DNA from: Escherichia phage vB_EcoS_FFH_1
Sequence record: KJ190157
Reading direction: 5' to 3' (one strand)
Length of the DNA: 64,000 bases
Of the stretch, positions 45,198-54,676 are shown piece after piece. The notes under the pieces are model-generated. The model worked only from the letters and a program-made list of their open reading frames with translations, made no database searches and had not been told where the DNA came from. Position 1 is the first letter of the stretch; each line of letters opens with the position of its first letter. The translations under genes and the position numbers were made by a program.

Positions 45198-45808
45198 AAA
45201 CTTTCCCGTAAATTTAATGAGATGCCGGAATATGTTCCGTTATTATTTAATGTAGATCCGAAAGCATCACCATTCATGAGTTTTGTTCTAAATAGTATTC
45301 CGTTAAATACGGGTTTCTCAGCCCCAGTAGTAGTTATAAATAAATCAGGATATAAGTTTATAGACCACGTATTACCTGATTTATTGAATGATGTTATTTT
45401 ATATACTTTTGGATGGTTAGATAGCTTAAATAGATCCCCTGGTTTTGGAGTACCGATAAGAAGTCCTTTTGTATCCATAGTTATATTAGAACCCTTCTGT
45501 CCAGCAGGTATATTTACTAGACTAGTATTACCTCTAACTCTAAAAGCTTCGTATTGTGGTAATATAACATCTATATAACTACCAGTCCTTTTGTATTCTA
45601 GAATAAAAGCATCTAGAACATTATATTCATCTGGAAATAATTCTGGATAAGAAATATTTATACCCCAGTATTGAGCAGATACCTTAACTTCGTTAACTTT
45701 ACCATTTGGTAACTCATCACGAATTACTGGGTCATTATCAATCAGGTTAACACTTTCGAATCCTAATCCTGAAAGTTCTGGATTCGTGTATGGGTCTGGT
45801 AATCTCAT
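45194..45808 (-). CDS. distal tail protein (Dit, pb9-like)
   Basis: 204 aa immediately after tape measure gene; TTGATA-N17-TATAAT promoter upstream. Confidence 0.55.
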   Translation of the reverse strand: MRLPDPYTNPELSGLGFESVNLIDNDPVIRDELPNGKVNEVKVSAQYWGINISYPELFPDEYNVLDAFILEYKRTGSYIDVILPQYEAFRVRGNTSLVNIPAGQKGSNITMDTKGLLIGTPKPGDLFKLSNHPKVYKITSFNKSGNTWSINLYPDLFITTTGAEKPVFNGILFRTKLMNGDAFGSTLNNNGTYSGISLNLRESL

Positions 45809-45835
45809 AGTTAATTTCTCCTCTTTAATAACAAT

Positions 45836-45864
45836 ATTATAATAGTATTAGAAAATTTTATCAA
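45836..45864 (-). promoter_or_regulatory. sigma70-type promoter TTGATA-N17-TATAAT upstream of Dit/baseplate genes
   Basis: minus-strand -35 at 45864-45859, -10 at 45841-45836; just after tape-measure terminator. Confidence 0.45.
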
Positions 45865-45883
45865 GAAATTTTTATTTTTCCAT

Positions 45884-45911
45884 AAAGAAAAGGAGGACTC
45901 AAAGTCCTCCT
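45884..45911 (-). terminator. intrinsic terminator after tape measure gene
   Basis: GGAGGAC-TTTGA-GTCCTCC on minus strand followed by TTTTCTTT. Confidence 0.65.
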
Positions 45912-45917
45912 CCAGTT

Positions 45918-48900
45918 TTAAGAATTTCCTAATGTTTTCAGACTAGCACCGTTCTCATTCAGAGCTAATTCTACTGCGTCTCTTAGAGCACCACTATTAC
46001 TAGAAGCAAACTCTCTAAAACTTGCAGCATCCATAGCACTAATATTCAGGATGATAGGTCTTCCTGAAGTTGAGTTAGACGAGGTTTTTAGCTCATCATT
46101 AGGTGTAGCTTTCATAGGAACCATAGGGGTAACTACTTCTGTACCATGCTCACCCATTTGATAGCTAACCCCTGGATACATATTACCACCCTCAGCACGA
46201 GGAACGAAAGAGTTGGCACTACCTATACCTTGATCGCCACGAATATAAGATAGTTCACCTGCATTAGCAGACATGGACACATCTATATTCTTCTGACGCT
46301 CTCCTAAGGTTAAGTAACTAGTTGTATCCGCCCCAGAATCAGCAATACTTGACATACCAGATGCAGAAGATGCTTGTGCTAATGCCAATGCACCCGCTAA
46401 ACCTGCCGCAACCATTAAAGGAATAGAGAACGGGTATGGTACAGCTGTTGCCGCTTGCATTACAGCTACTGCAGTTTGGATGATAATCTGCTTCTTAGCT
46501 GCGTCTTGTTGAATCTTCAGCTTTTCAGCTTCCAACTTCTTCAACTTAGCTTTAGATGCTTCTGATTTACCATCACGTTTCTGTTCTGCTGCGATAGCTG
46601 CATCAATAGCACTAACCTGTTGACTAGTACTATACTGAATCATAGAAGATACAGTTTGCATGCCAGAAGCAATCAAGGAGGTAGTATCTAGGGATCCCTG
46701 AGAGAACTGGATCATAGCGTTAGTTAAGTTACCCATACTTTGAGCCACAGCGGTTGCTTCAGAATTTAATTCAGATAGCTTAGAGATTGCCTGATCATAA
46801 GAAGCCATTCTATTTTGCATATCTGCAAAATCTTTGTCTTCCCCCGATAGTCCAGTTGTAGGAGTGTACACAGCACCCACAGAAGATCCTACCTGTTGCT
46901 GCATTTGGCCTTCTCTTTGCTTTCTAAGTTGCTCTAGAGCAGCAGCAGTTTTATAGATCTCATTACGATACTTGATCTCTTCTTCGGTATTGCCCTTAGA
47001 TAGTTCTAGCTGTTCTTGCAAAACAGATAATCTTTCCGTAAGAATCTGAGCTTGGCCAGTAACATTTCTTTGTGTTTGGCTGACTTCTAGTGCATCCATG
47101 AGAGCTGATACATGTGAGGCAGTTGCCTGCTTCTCCGTTTCCCATAGTTCCCTACTTATTTGTGCTTGAGCACGTCTAGACTGTTCCGCCTCTTTCTGTT
47201 TGTCCGCTTGTTTTGTATACCATTCGTACTTCTCTTTCTCTACAGTTAGTTCTAGTTTTAGCTGAGCTAATCTATATTGAGTAGTAGTCATAGTACGGTC
47301 ATTCAGAAGAGCTATCTCACGATCTACACCAAGAATTTTATCTGTGTAATCCTTGACCTTCTTCTGAGCTTCCATACCCTGATTGGTAAGTTTAAGTTTC
47401 TCCAGCTGAATTTTTTCAATTTCTTTCTCAACAGCTTTATTCCCCTGGTTTGTTTGAAGAACACGGCGTAAAGCAGCTTCTTGCTCTTCTAACTGTTGCA
47501 ACTCTAAACGTCTACCAGCTTCCTGAGCCTTTTCCTTATCCTTAGTTTGAGTGTATACATCAGCTATCTTCTGTTGAACTGCTAACTGATTTTTAGTTTC
47601 ATTACCAGTTAGTTTAACATACTCAGATAGAGCCTGAGATGCAGTTTTCATTTCAGACAGGGTGTTATAACCCAGGTTAAGGTTTTTAACATACTCATCG
47701 GCACTCTTACCGGTACCTAAGGATAGAGATTCTATATTTTTTATAGCATCAGCTAAAGTGGCACTAGTTTTAGCCGCAGTATCTGTATTCTGAGCAACGT
47801 TCTGTATATCATTAGCTAAGTCACTAGCAGTTTTCTTAGTTTGATTATACGCTTTCTGTTGTTCAGTTAGTCCTTTTAATACTGTGGAGTTAAAGTCATA
47901 TACAGCACCAGGATCAGTAGTATCCCTCTGTAGATTAATTTGCTTCTGAAACTCTGGACTAGCCTTTGCAGCAGCGGCCCCAGCAGCTTGATACGCTGAT
48001 TTCCAAGCATTGAGATTCTCTGTAGAATCCTCTACTTCCTTACCAAGTCTAGTTACTTGTAGACCCATAGCTGCAGTTTCTGCTACAAATTGCTTATTGG
48101 CCTCCGAAGCACCTGCTGCTGCAAGACCAACAGGAATACCTTCACCAACTTGACGTATAGCTAGTTTTGTATAGAAATCTGCTTGTTCCATTCGTTTATC
48201 GAACTCAGATTTTAGCTTATTACGCTTATCAAGAGATTCCTTATACATATCTAGAGCTTTATTATACCCTTCTTCAGAAGCGGCTAAACTTAAAGCAACA
48301 GCACCAACGTTGGTAGGATCTATCTGTCTATTAGTTTTTTCTTGAGCTCTAGCTGCTTCAGCAGATACAGAAGCCTGAGAAGTATAAAATACTGTGTTGA
48401 TAGCATCAATTACGGGCCCTAAGTATTTAGCAGCAGCCTGCTGAATCTTTCTCAGTGCGGCATCAGCATTAGCGGCAAATTGCTCCCACGGAGTAGCACG
48501 TAAAACTTCATCTAAGTAGCCAAAACGTTTAGTAGACTCTGCTATAACAGCATTAGCATACGCCTGCTGTTTCTGGAAAGTAGTAAGGCTGTTAATATTA
48601 TATGTTATACCTGTGTTTGCAGCATTTAACTGCTTAACGTAATCAGCATAAGCATCATTAAGACGAATAGTAACACCAAGTTCATCCAGAAGTTCGATTT
48701 CTTGTTTAGATACACCCTTAATTACACGGTTAAGTGCATCAGTCATATCAACGCCAAGAACAGCAGCAGCACGACGAGCTACTAAACCAAATTTATTAAG
48801 TTGTTCGGCGTCAAATCCATAAGCGGACGCTGAGGATGCTTGCCTCATAGCTTCTTCAAAAGAGATTGCATAGCCAGCTGCCTCTTGTAGTGATCTAGCA

Positions 48901-49598
48901 AGGGACTGAACAGGAGTACCTGTCTGAGTACCTACTATAACACCAAATTTTTCTAGACGATTTAGCTGATCACCTAGTTTAAGTTGCTCGAATGCAGATT
49001 GCAAAACGAAGATGTTGGAAGCAAGAGCTGCGTACATAATAGGTAAACTACCACCGATCTTAGCCATTGCTGCAAAATCACGAGTTGCACCGCGTGCCGA
49101 ACCAGAAGTATTACCGATAGCTCTGGAAGCTCTTCCAGCAGCACCAGTAGTATCATTAAAGCCCTTAGCTGTACCACCTAAAGCTCTATTAGTATCGTAT
49201 AACCTATCTTGAACTTTCTCTGTTGCAGCTGCAACATCATTGCCCATTGTTTTAACAGATCTAGAAACTCCATCGAATCCAACTTCTAGTTTATCTGCTA
49301 CTTCAATCATTGTAATAGCTAGGTCATCCAGCTTAGTCCCTATATCATTAATAGATTTAGTAATACTAAGCATGCCCCTACTAGCCTGCATTTTAGTAAG
49401 ACTTTTCGCTGCTCTATCTGCTGCCCTCTCAATGGAATAAAGAGTTCTGGGCATTTTACCTAACTGCTCATTTGTCAGTTCGGAAGCAGCAGCAGCATTT
49501 TCCAACGCATCAGATACGTTTTCAATAGACTTTGCAGTACGAGTTGCCCCCTTCTGTTTAACGTCTATTAGTAATTCTCGTATTAGCTTATCAGTCAT
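45918..49598 (-). CDS. tail tape measure protein (pb2-like)
   Basis: 1226 aa, long helical/coiled-coil stretches, Ala/Gln-rich, hydrophobic segment near C-terminal third; between chaperone-sized ORFs and Dit. Confidence 0.85.
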   Translation of the reverse strand: MTDKLIRELLIDVKQKGATRTAKSIENVSDALENAAAASELTNEQLGKMPRTLYSIERAADRAAKSLTKMQASRGMLSITKSINDIGTKLDDLAITMIEVADKLEVGFDGVSRSVKTMGNDVAAATEKVQDRLYDTNRALGGTAKGFNDTTGAAGRASRAIGNTSGSARGATRDFAAMAKIGGSLPIMYAALASNIFVLQSAFEQLKLGDQLNRLEKFGVIVGTQTGTPVQSLARSLQEAAGYAISFEEAMRQASSASAYGFDAEQLNKFGLVARRAAAVLGVDMTDALNRVIKGVSKQEIELLDELGVTIRLNDAYADYVKQLNAANTGITYNINSLTTFQKQQAYANAVIAESTKRFGYLDEVLRATPWEQFAANADAALRKIQQAAAKYLGPVIDAINTVFYTSQASVSAEAARAQEKTNRQIDPTNVGAVALSLAASEEGYNKALDMYKESLDKRNKLKSEFDKRMEQADFYTKLAIRQVGEGIPVGLAAAGASEANKQFVAETAAMGLQVTRLGKEVEDSTENLNAWKSAYQAAGAAAAKASPEFQKQINLQRDTTDPGAVYDFNSTVLKGLTEQQKAYNQTKKTASDLANDIQNVAQNTDTAAKTSATLADAIKNIESLSLGTGKSADEYVKNLNLGYNTLSEMKTASQALSEYVKLTGNETKNQLAVQQKIADVYTQTKDKEKAQEAGRRLELQQLEEQEAALRRVLQTNQGNKAVEKEIEKIQLEKLKLTNQGMEAQKKVKDYTDKILGVDREIALLNDRTMTTTQYRLAQLKLELTVEKEKYEWYTKQADKQKEAEQSRRAQAQISRELWETEKQATASHVSALMDALEVSQTQRNVTGQAQILTERLSVLQEQLELSKGNTEEEIKYRNEIYKTAAALEQLRKQREGQMQQQVGSSVGAVYTPTTGLSGEDKDFADMQNRMASYDQAISKLSELNSEATAVAQSMGNLTNAMIQFSQGSLDTTSLIASGMQTVSSMIQYSTSQQVSAIDAAIAAEQKRDGKSEASKAKLKKLEAEKLKIQQDAAKKQIIIQTAVAVMQAATAVPYPFSIPLMVAAGLAGALALAQASSASGMSSIADSGADTTSYLTLGERQKNIDVSMSANAGELSYIRGDQGIGSANSFVPRAEGGNMYPGVSYQMGEHGTEVVTPMVPMKATPNDELKTSSNSTSGRPIILNISAMDAASFREFASSNSGALRDAVELALNENGASLKTLGNS

Positions 49599-49612
49599 GT
49601 TTTATTTTTCCC

Positions 49613-49646
49613 AATAAAAAAGGCTCTGGGCAAATCACCCAGAGCC
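49613..49646 (-). terminator. intrinsic terminator immediately upstream of tape measure start
   Basis: GGCTCTGGG-TGATTTG-CCCAGAGCC on minus strand followed by TTTTTTATT. Confidence 0.65.
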
Positions 49647-49681
49647 AAGCCTCATCGTGGAACGCCCATTGGAGGAAACTT

Positions 49682-50050
49682 TTACCGTGCACGAGATCTA
49701 GCATGTGGCTTAACGTTAGGAATCCTTCCGTTTTGCGGTTTATGCTTCTCAGCACGTTTACGTGCAGCATCTACAGCTTTAGCATCAAATATATTGATAA
49801 TGTGTAGAACAAATTCTTTCTCTATAGGATCAGTAATCCCATAAATATCAAATAAAACACCTAGAGCAGCCTTATCTTTACCTATAAAGATAGGAAAGTC
49901 ACCTGGTATGAAGCAGTCAATTAGACTGTTATAAATATTCATACTAGTAGCTACAATAGGTGGAAAGTCTTCAAGTTCAACAGGCATGGCCTTAGGATCA
50001 GGCTCTATACCCATTGATTCACAAAGTATTAAATATTGTTGTTTAGTCAT
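49682..50050 (-). CDS. hypothetical tail-module protein (122 aa), possible tail assembly chaperone
   Basis: Position directly upstream of tape measure gene; basic C-terminus. Confidence 0.4.
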   Translation of the reverse strand: MTKQQYLILCESMGIEPDPKAMPVELEDFPPIVATSMNIYNSLIDCFIPGDFPIFIGKDKAALGVLFDIYGITDPIEKEFVLHIINIFDAKAVDAARKRAEKHKPQNGRIPNVKPHARSRAR

Positions 50051-50111
50051 TTTAGATGCTGAGCTTTTAATACACTTATCTGCAAAATCAGCAACAGCAT
50101 CTAGGAGTTCT

Positions 50112-50531
50112 TTACGCTTTTGGGCTACGAAAAGTGTCTAAGTGGAACACTGTCTGGTTGATCCAAGAATCAAACGCAGCAGAGTTCTGCATGAGCATTA
50201 TAGCATTATCGCGGCTAAAAGGAACTTCAGTAGCAGGATCAGCATCTGTTTCAATCAGCATCAGTTTTTCAACGTCACCTACAGTCAAACCGGTCCAACC
50301 TTTAATAGCTGCGTCAACGAAGGCTTCAATGAACTTATCATCATCCTGTACCTGAATCAAAGTACCATTAACCCATTCATCGCGTTTAGCAGAAGAAATA
50401 ACACGTTTAGAGGTAGCACGAGACATATAGTTAAGTTCTAATTTAAAGTTCGGCATACCTGGGTAGGAAAGAGTAATAGTACGAGTATCAAGAGTAATAT
50501 CTTTTAAATTAATCATTTTTAATTTCTCCAA
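50112..50531 (-). CDS. hypothetical tail-module protein (139 aa)
   Basis: ORF between tail tube and tape measure genes. Confidence 0.4.
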   Translation of the reverse strand: MEKLKMINLKDITLDTRTITLSYPGMPNFKLELNYMSRATSKRVISSAKRDEWVNGTLIQVQDDDKFIEAFVDAAIKGWTGLTVGDVEKLMLIETDADPATEVPFSRDNAIMLMQNSAAFDSWINQTVFHLDTFRSPKA

Positions 50532-51411
50532 AGAAATCTATTCTCACTGGGTCTGAAGAAGCAGTAGGTATAATATCCCACTCAACTCTATACACATCTG
50601 AGAAATCTAGGCGTTTTGTAATACGTGCTGAAGGAAAATCTATAGAAATATTATTATTTCTTATATTTAAAGGTACATCTGTCTCCGGTTCGATATTGTA
50701 AACCATACCTCCTGCAAAACGTTTTAAGTAATATAGAGAAATGGTTGCCGAAGCATTCATTTCATTTACATAAGCTCTTTTATTATTATAAATTTTATTT
50801 ATATCAAAAACACTCTTATCCTCTCTCCAGGAGCACTGCTGTTGGAAAGATAAAGAGGCAGAAATAAGACCGGGTAAGATGCTGCCATTAGTAGAAGCTA
50901 TTACTGGGCTGTAAGACATTACTTCACCCTGTATAATAGAAGCTGCTTCTCTATAGGTAGATACTTCTGAGAATTTCCCAGACTCAATACCAACATTAAG
51001 AATTGGTATGTTCTTATCTAAAGAAAAATCTACCGTAGATACATAACAGTTTTCAAAATATACACAGTTATTATCTTTATTTACTATATAGATATTGAAC
51101 ATAATAGGTTCAATATTACTACTATATAGTGGGAGTAAGAAAGTATTACCTTTTCTATCAAAACCTAACCATTCAAAGAAGTTAGCCTCTGTAAGAGTAT
51201 TACTGAAATTTATTGCTAGAGAGATAGAAGAGGGGGTTTGAGCATTTATAATAGAGTCTGCATAGTTAGTTCTACGATGAACAGTCCTACGAAGAGTCTT
51301 GAATTCCTCGTAGGAAGTCTGTATATCATAGTTTGATAGGGCATCAAAATGAAATGCCCTACCATCATACTCAACTATAACTTTTGACTCTCGCATTAGA
51401 GAGTAGTACAT
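50509..51411 (-). CDS. hypothetical tail protein (300 aa)
   Basis: ORF immediately after tail tube gene. Confidence 0.4.
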   Translation of the reverse strand: MYYSLMRESKVIVEYDGRAFHFDALSNYDIQTSYEEFKTLRRTVHRRTNYADSIINAQTPSSISLAINFSNTLTEANFFEWLGFDRKGNTFLLPLYSSNIEPIMFNIYIVNKDNNCVYFENCYVSTVDFSLDKNIPILNVGIESGKFSEVSTYREAASIIQGEVMSYSPVIASTNGSILPGLISASLSFQQQCSWREDKSVFDINKIYNNKRAYVNEMNASATISLYYLKRFAGGMVYNIEPETDVPLNIRNNNISIDFPSARITKRLDFSDVYRVEWDIIPTASSDPVRIDFFGEIKND

Positions 51412-51415
51412 TTAT

Positions 51416-52822
51416 TTAACCACCAGCACTAACTGTGATAGTTTTAGTACCTTCTACACCAGAACCGTCTTTAGCTACAGCCTTCACAGTAACTGCACCA
51501 GTTTTAGAAACATCAGCAGTTAATAGTCCAGATTCTGCGTCAATCGTAGCTGCGTTACCACTAGAAATAGACCAAGTTACAGCCTTATTAGTAGCTTCTG
51601 GAGGTGTTACCTCAACAGACATCTGTAAAGTATTACTATTTGTTACAGAAACAGCTTCACCTGCTGATTTAACTGTAATGGATTTAACGGGAACTGGAGG
51701 AGTTTTAGCACCATCCCCCGTAGCAATCAGATTAGCTACAGTAGTTTTTGTATACTTATTAGAAAATCCAAGATAACCTTCGTCACCAGTATCCAAATCA
51801 GTAGGAATAGCTTTAAACTCTACTGAAGTACCAAGTACATCATCAGTCTCAATAGTAGGGATATTAACGTGCGCCTGTTTAGCAACTAACACAGCTGCCG
51901 GACGTTCCTCGTCATATTCTCCACCCAAAATAAGTGCGATTTCAAAACGGTTAACTACCTTAAGGGTTTTAATCAGATCTTTGTACAGTTCCATAGAACC
52001 AAGAGACTTATCATTAAGGTATGCTGTCAAAGAACCCGTTAACTCAAACGCACCCGTAAATGAGCCGATTGGAATATTTACACGTGACATAATATTCGGG
52101 GTTAGGTACGTGATGTTGTTATTAATGGTAAAAGTACCACCAGTAATAGGAATATCATATGCCTTATCAGAATCCATATCCTTAATTTTTAGGATAGTTA
52201 ACTTGTTCTTAATGTAAGAACTCTGAATAGTCATATAAGTTTCATCATCAATACCTAATGCATCAGGGTCAAATGGTTGGCTATCTAACGGAATGAGCTG
52301 ATTACCGTTACCAGACCAAGTTACACGACCAATATCTTCAATATCAACGTTAACTTCTGCCTGGTTGATCTGGCAAGAGTCAATGTAACTCCACGCATTG
52401 TCAGTTAGAATGTAAATATGCAGCATAGCCAGTTCGTGATATGCGTTATCTTTGAAGTTAACCATGAAGTTAGTAGCATTATTATGTGCTCCAGTATTTC
52501 CCTCAAGATTAATAGCTTTACCACTAGAAAGTGCATGCCATAACATATAGTCAGGAACAATTTGTTTGCTAGTAGTTTTATCCTTGTAGGGCAGGATATA
52601 GGTGGAGAAGCTCCACTCAGCCGCATTCAAGGAATCGTTAAAACGTTTAGAACCACGAGTAGGACGCGGACCAGCTTCATTAACAGTAATATCTGTTGAG
52701 TTACTGTCCTGACCCCAAGAAATATCATCCTGAACTAGAATCTCTTGCGTGTTGGTCTTATTATGACCAGTCTTAACCGTAGACACGAAGATTCGAGTAT
52801 TACGTAATAGTTGTAAAGACAT
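51416..52822 (-). CDS. major tail tube protein with C-terminal Ig-like (Big_2-type) domain (pb6-like)
   Basis: 468 aa; AGGAG SD; C-terminal ~90 aa VKSITVKSAGEAVSV...KAVTWSISSGNAATIDAESGLLTA...TVKAVAKDGSG typical of Big_2 Ig-like domains. Confidence 0.7.
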   Translation of the reverse strand: MSLQLLRNTRIFVSTVKTGHNKTNTQEILVQDDISWGQDSNSTDITVNEAGPRPTRGSKRFNDSLNAAEWSFSTYILPYKDKTTSKQIVPDYMLWHALSSGKAINLEGNTGAHNNATNFMVNFKDNAYHELAMLHIYILTDNAWSYIDSCQINQAEVNVDIEDIGRVTWSGNGNQLIPLDSQPFDPDALGIDDETYMTIQSSYIKNKLTILKIKDMDSDKAYDIPITGGTFTINNNITYLTPNIMSRVNIPIGSFTGAFELTGSLTAYLNDKSLGSMELYKDLIKTLKVVNRFEIALILGGEYDEERPAAVLVAKQAHVNIPTIETDDVLGTSVEFKAIPTDLDTGDEGYLGFSNKYTKTTVANLIATGDGAKTPPVPVKSITVKSAGEAVSVTNSNTLQMSVEVTPPEATNKAVTWSISSGNAATIDAESGLLTADVSKTGAVTVKAVAKDGSGVEGTKTITVSAGG

Positions 52823-52848
52823 TTAATTATTTTCTCCTAATCTGTAAC

Positions 52849-53334
52849 TTATCTGCGAAGTGACCTACGTGGAGGCTGATACCTCACTGTTACATTTATT
52901 TCTGCTAAACCATATGGGGCCAGTAGACCCTCATCTGTACTAACTGATGTAATGCTCATATCAGTCGCCTCACATGGGAAGGTCGATCCATTAGGTTTAC
53001 TAACAGTATATTCTAAATTTCCACCTGTGTCAATAACGGTTTTTATATCCGCTACGAGTTTTTCAAGTTGCTCTTGAATGTCTGTTTTCTCTTTATCGTA
53101 TACCAGGATAGGAAGTTCTAAAAACATCCACTGTTGACCTGAGGGAAGATACTGCCCAGTTTCAGTTCCGATATGAACTGCAACATAAGGAAACTCTCGT
53201 ATCTCCTCAAACTTATAAGTTTGACGTGAGACGTTTCCATACAAGTTATTAAAATATTCATCTGGTTGGGAGCCATCCATTTGTTTGGCTATTCGATCAA
53301 CCAGAGCTTGTGCTATACTTGTTCTGTGATCCAT
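52849..53334 (-). CDS. head-tail joining / tail completion protein (161 aa)
   Basis: Position between capsid and tail tube genes. Confidence 0.4.
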   Translation of the reverse strand: MDHRTSIAQALVDRIAKQMDGSQPDEYFNNLYGNVSRQTYKFEEIREFPYVAVHIGTETGQYLPSGQQWMFLELPILVYDKEKTDIQEQLEKLVADIKTVIDTGGNLEYTVSKPNGSTFPCEATDMSITSVSTDEGLLAPYGLAEINVTVRYQPPRRSLRR

Positions 53335-53337
53335 TTA

Positions 53338-54105
53338 TTAGGTTCCTTGATTAACCTTAATTTTGTATCTGGAGTGAATTAAGTCTCTTGCAGCTTTAGC
53401 TATCGCCTCTCCAATTAGTCTTTGAGGGTTTCTAGCACCTGGGTAGGGTCGTAATGACAATCTTCGATATGTGGATACTGCAGGATTAAATACTGAATAT
53501 GGACGTACCATATAATTATATGTAACATTTAATTCAGGAGCACCTTTGCTAGTTCCAGCATCTCTAAGCATAACATCTTTAACTTTTAGAGAATTTGCAA
53601 AACGACCTGTTCTAAATTTAAGTGGAGCTCCTGCTTTTTTCATATCCTTTATTAAGTATTCTTTAGCAACCAATTCCAGAATAACCTTCATATTACTATT
53701 TGATACAAAACGACCAGAAGCACCTGTTACTGCACCAGAATATCCGTCTTCTACGTCTCTAGGATCCCCAAAGTTTACTTGAACCCTACCAGTAGAACGT
53801 TTTTTACCTACAGAGGATTTTTTACCAGCGGTTGCTTGAATAAGACTTTCTAAAGCACCTAAATCTCCAGAAAGATCTAAACTAGAGGATACAGCTTTTA
53901 ATATAGAAGCTGTTCTAATGTTAAGTAGATCTTGTGATACAGGTTTTGAGAATTTAAAAGATACCTGAGCAACAGTACCATCTCTAGTAGGATCTTTCAG
54001 TCCTGTTTCAACAAAGTATACAACAGTATTCTTATTGTTCTCGGAACGCCCAACATTATCTAGCTGCTCCTTAATAATTTGTGTAGCTAAATCAGAAAGA
54101 GACAT
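53338..54105 (-). CDS. head-tail joining protein (255 aa)
   Basis: Position in neck-gene block. Confidence 0.4.
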   Translation of the reverse strand: MSLSDLATQIIKEQLDNVGRSENNKNTVVYFVETGLKDPTRDGTVAQVSFKFSKPVSQDLLNIRTASILKAVSSSLDLSGDLGALESLIQATAGKKSSVGKKRSTGRVQVNFGDPRDVEDGYSGAVTGASGRFVSNSNMKVILELVAKEYLIKDMKKAGAPLKFRTGRFANSLKVKDVMLRDAGTSKGAPELNVTYNYMVRPYSVFNPAVSTYRRLSLRPYPGARNPQRLIGEAIAKAARDLIHSRYKIKVNQGT

Positions 54106-54617
54106 TATACTCTCCTGTAAACTTCAATAATAGTACGAATATGCTCTGGAATACCAGACTTAGTATTATTAAAAGTAACTGTTTCTCCGCCAATTGTTTT
54201 AGCTTGACGGTAATCCTGTTTGTGCCAATGATCTACTAGCATACATGCTGCAAGTTTGAGATCCTCAGGTATTGGATTAAATCCACCTTGTGTGTATTCT
54301 ATATCCATATAACCTTCTGGAGGGTTAAATTTAAGAAGTATAACCCCATCAGAATACAACCTATACTGTTCGGGATCTATCTCCTTGTCGTTAATAGTCA
54401 TTTTGGTTACTGAAGTAGCCGAGGGAGAACTTAAGAAGTATTTTTTACGAGTAGGTTTTGTATTGATTAACTGGTCTACCGCATCAGCATCATCCATACC
54501 TAAAAGGCTAGTAATCAGCGCATTGGCAGCAGTAATCATCATCTCTACTCCCGATTCTAGTTCAGGTCGTTTTAACCCGCCATATAATCTATAGTCTTCA
54601 GCTGTGATTATTTGCAT
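54105..54617 (-). CDS. head completion / connector protein (170 aa)
   Basis: First gene after capsid-gene terminator; ATGA-type overlap with next gene. Confidence 0.45.
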   Translation of the reverse strand: MQIITAEDYRLYGGLKRPELESGVEMMITAANALITSLLGMDDADAVDQLINTKPTRKKYFLSSPSATSVTKMTINDKEIDPEQYRLYSDGVILLKFNPPEGYMDIEYTQGGFNPIPEDLKLAACMLVDHWHKQDYRQAKTIGGETVTFNNTKSGIPEHIRTIIEVYRRV

Positions 54618-54628
54618 TTATTTTTCCC

Positions 54629-54657
54629 AATAAAAAAGGAGAGCCGAAGCTCTCCTT
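54629..54657 (-). terminator. intrinsic terminator after major capsid gene
   Basis: AGGAGAGC-TTCG-GCTCTCCT on minus strand followed by TTTTTTATT. Confidence 0.7.
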
Positions 54658-54676
54658 ATCGGCTGAAAAGCCTGTA

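Noticed and set aside
49682-50531. Programmed -1 frameshift joining two tail assembly chaperone ORFs upstream of the tape measure gene.
   Set aside because: The two candidate ORFs are separated by a 61-nt gap rather than overlapping, and I found no slippery heptamer; not supportable from sequence alone.
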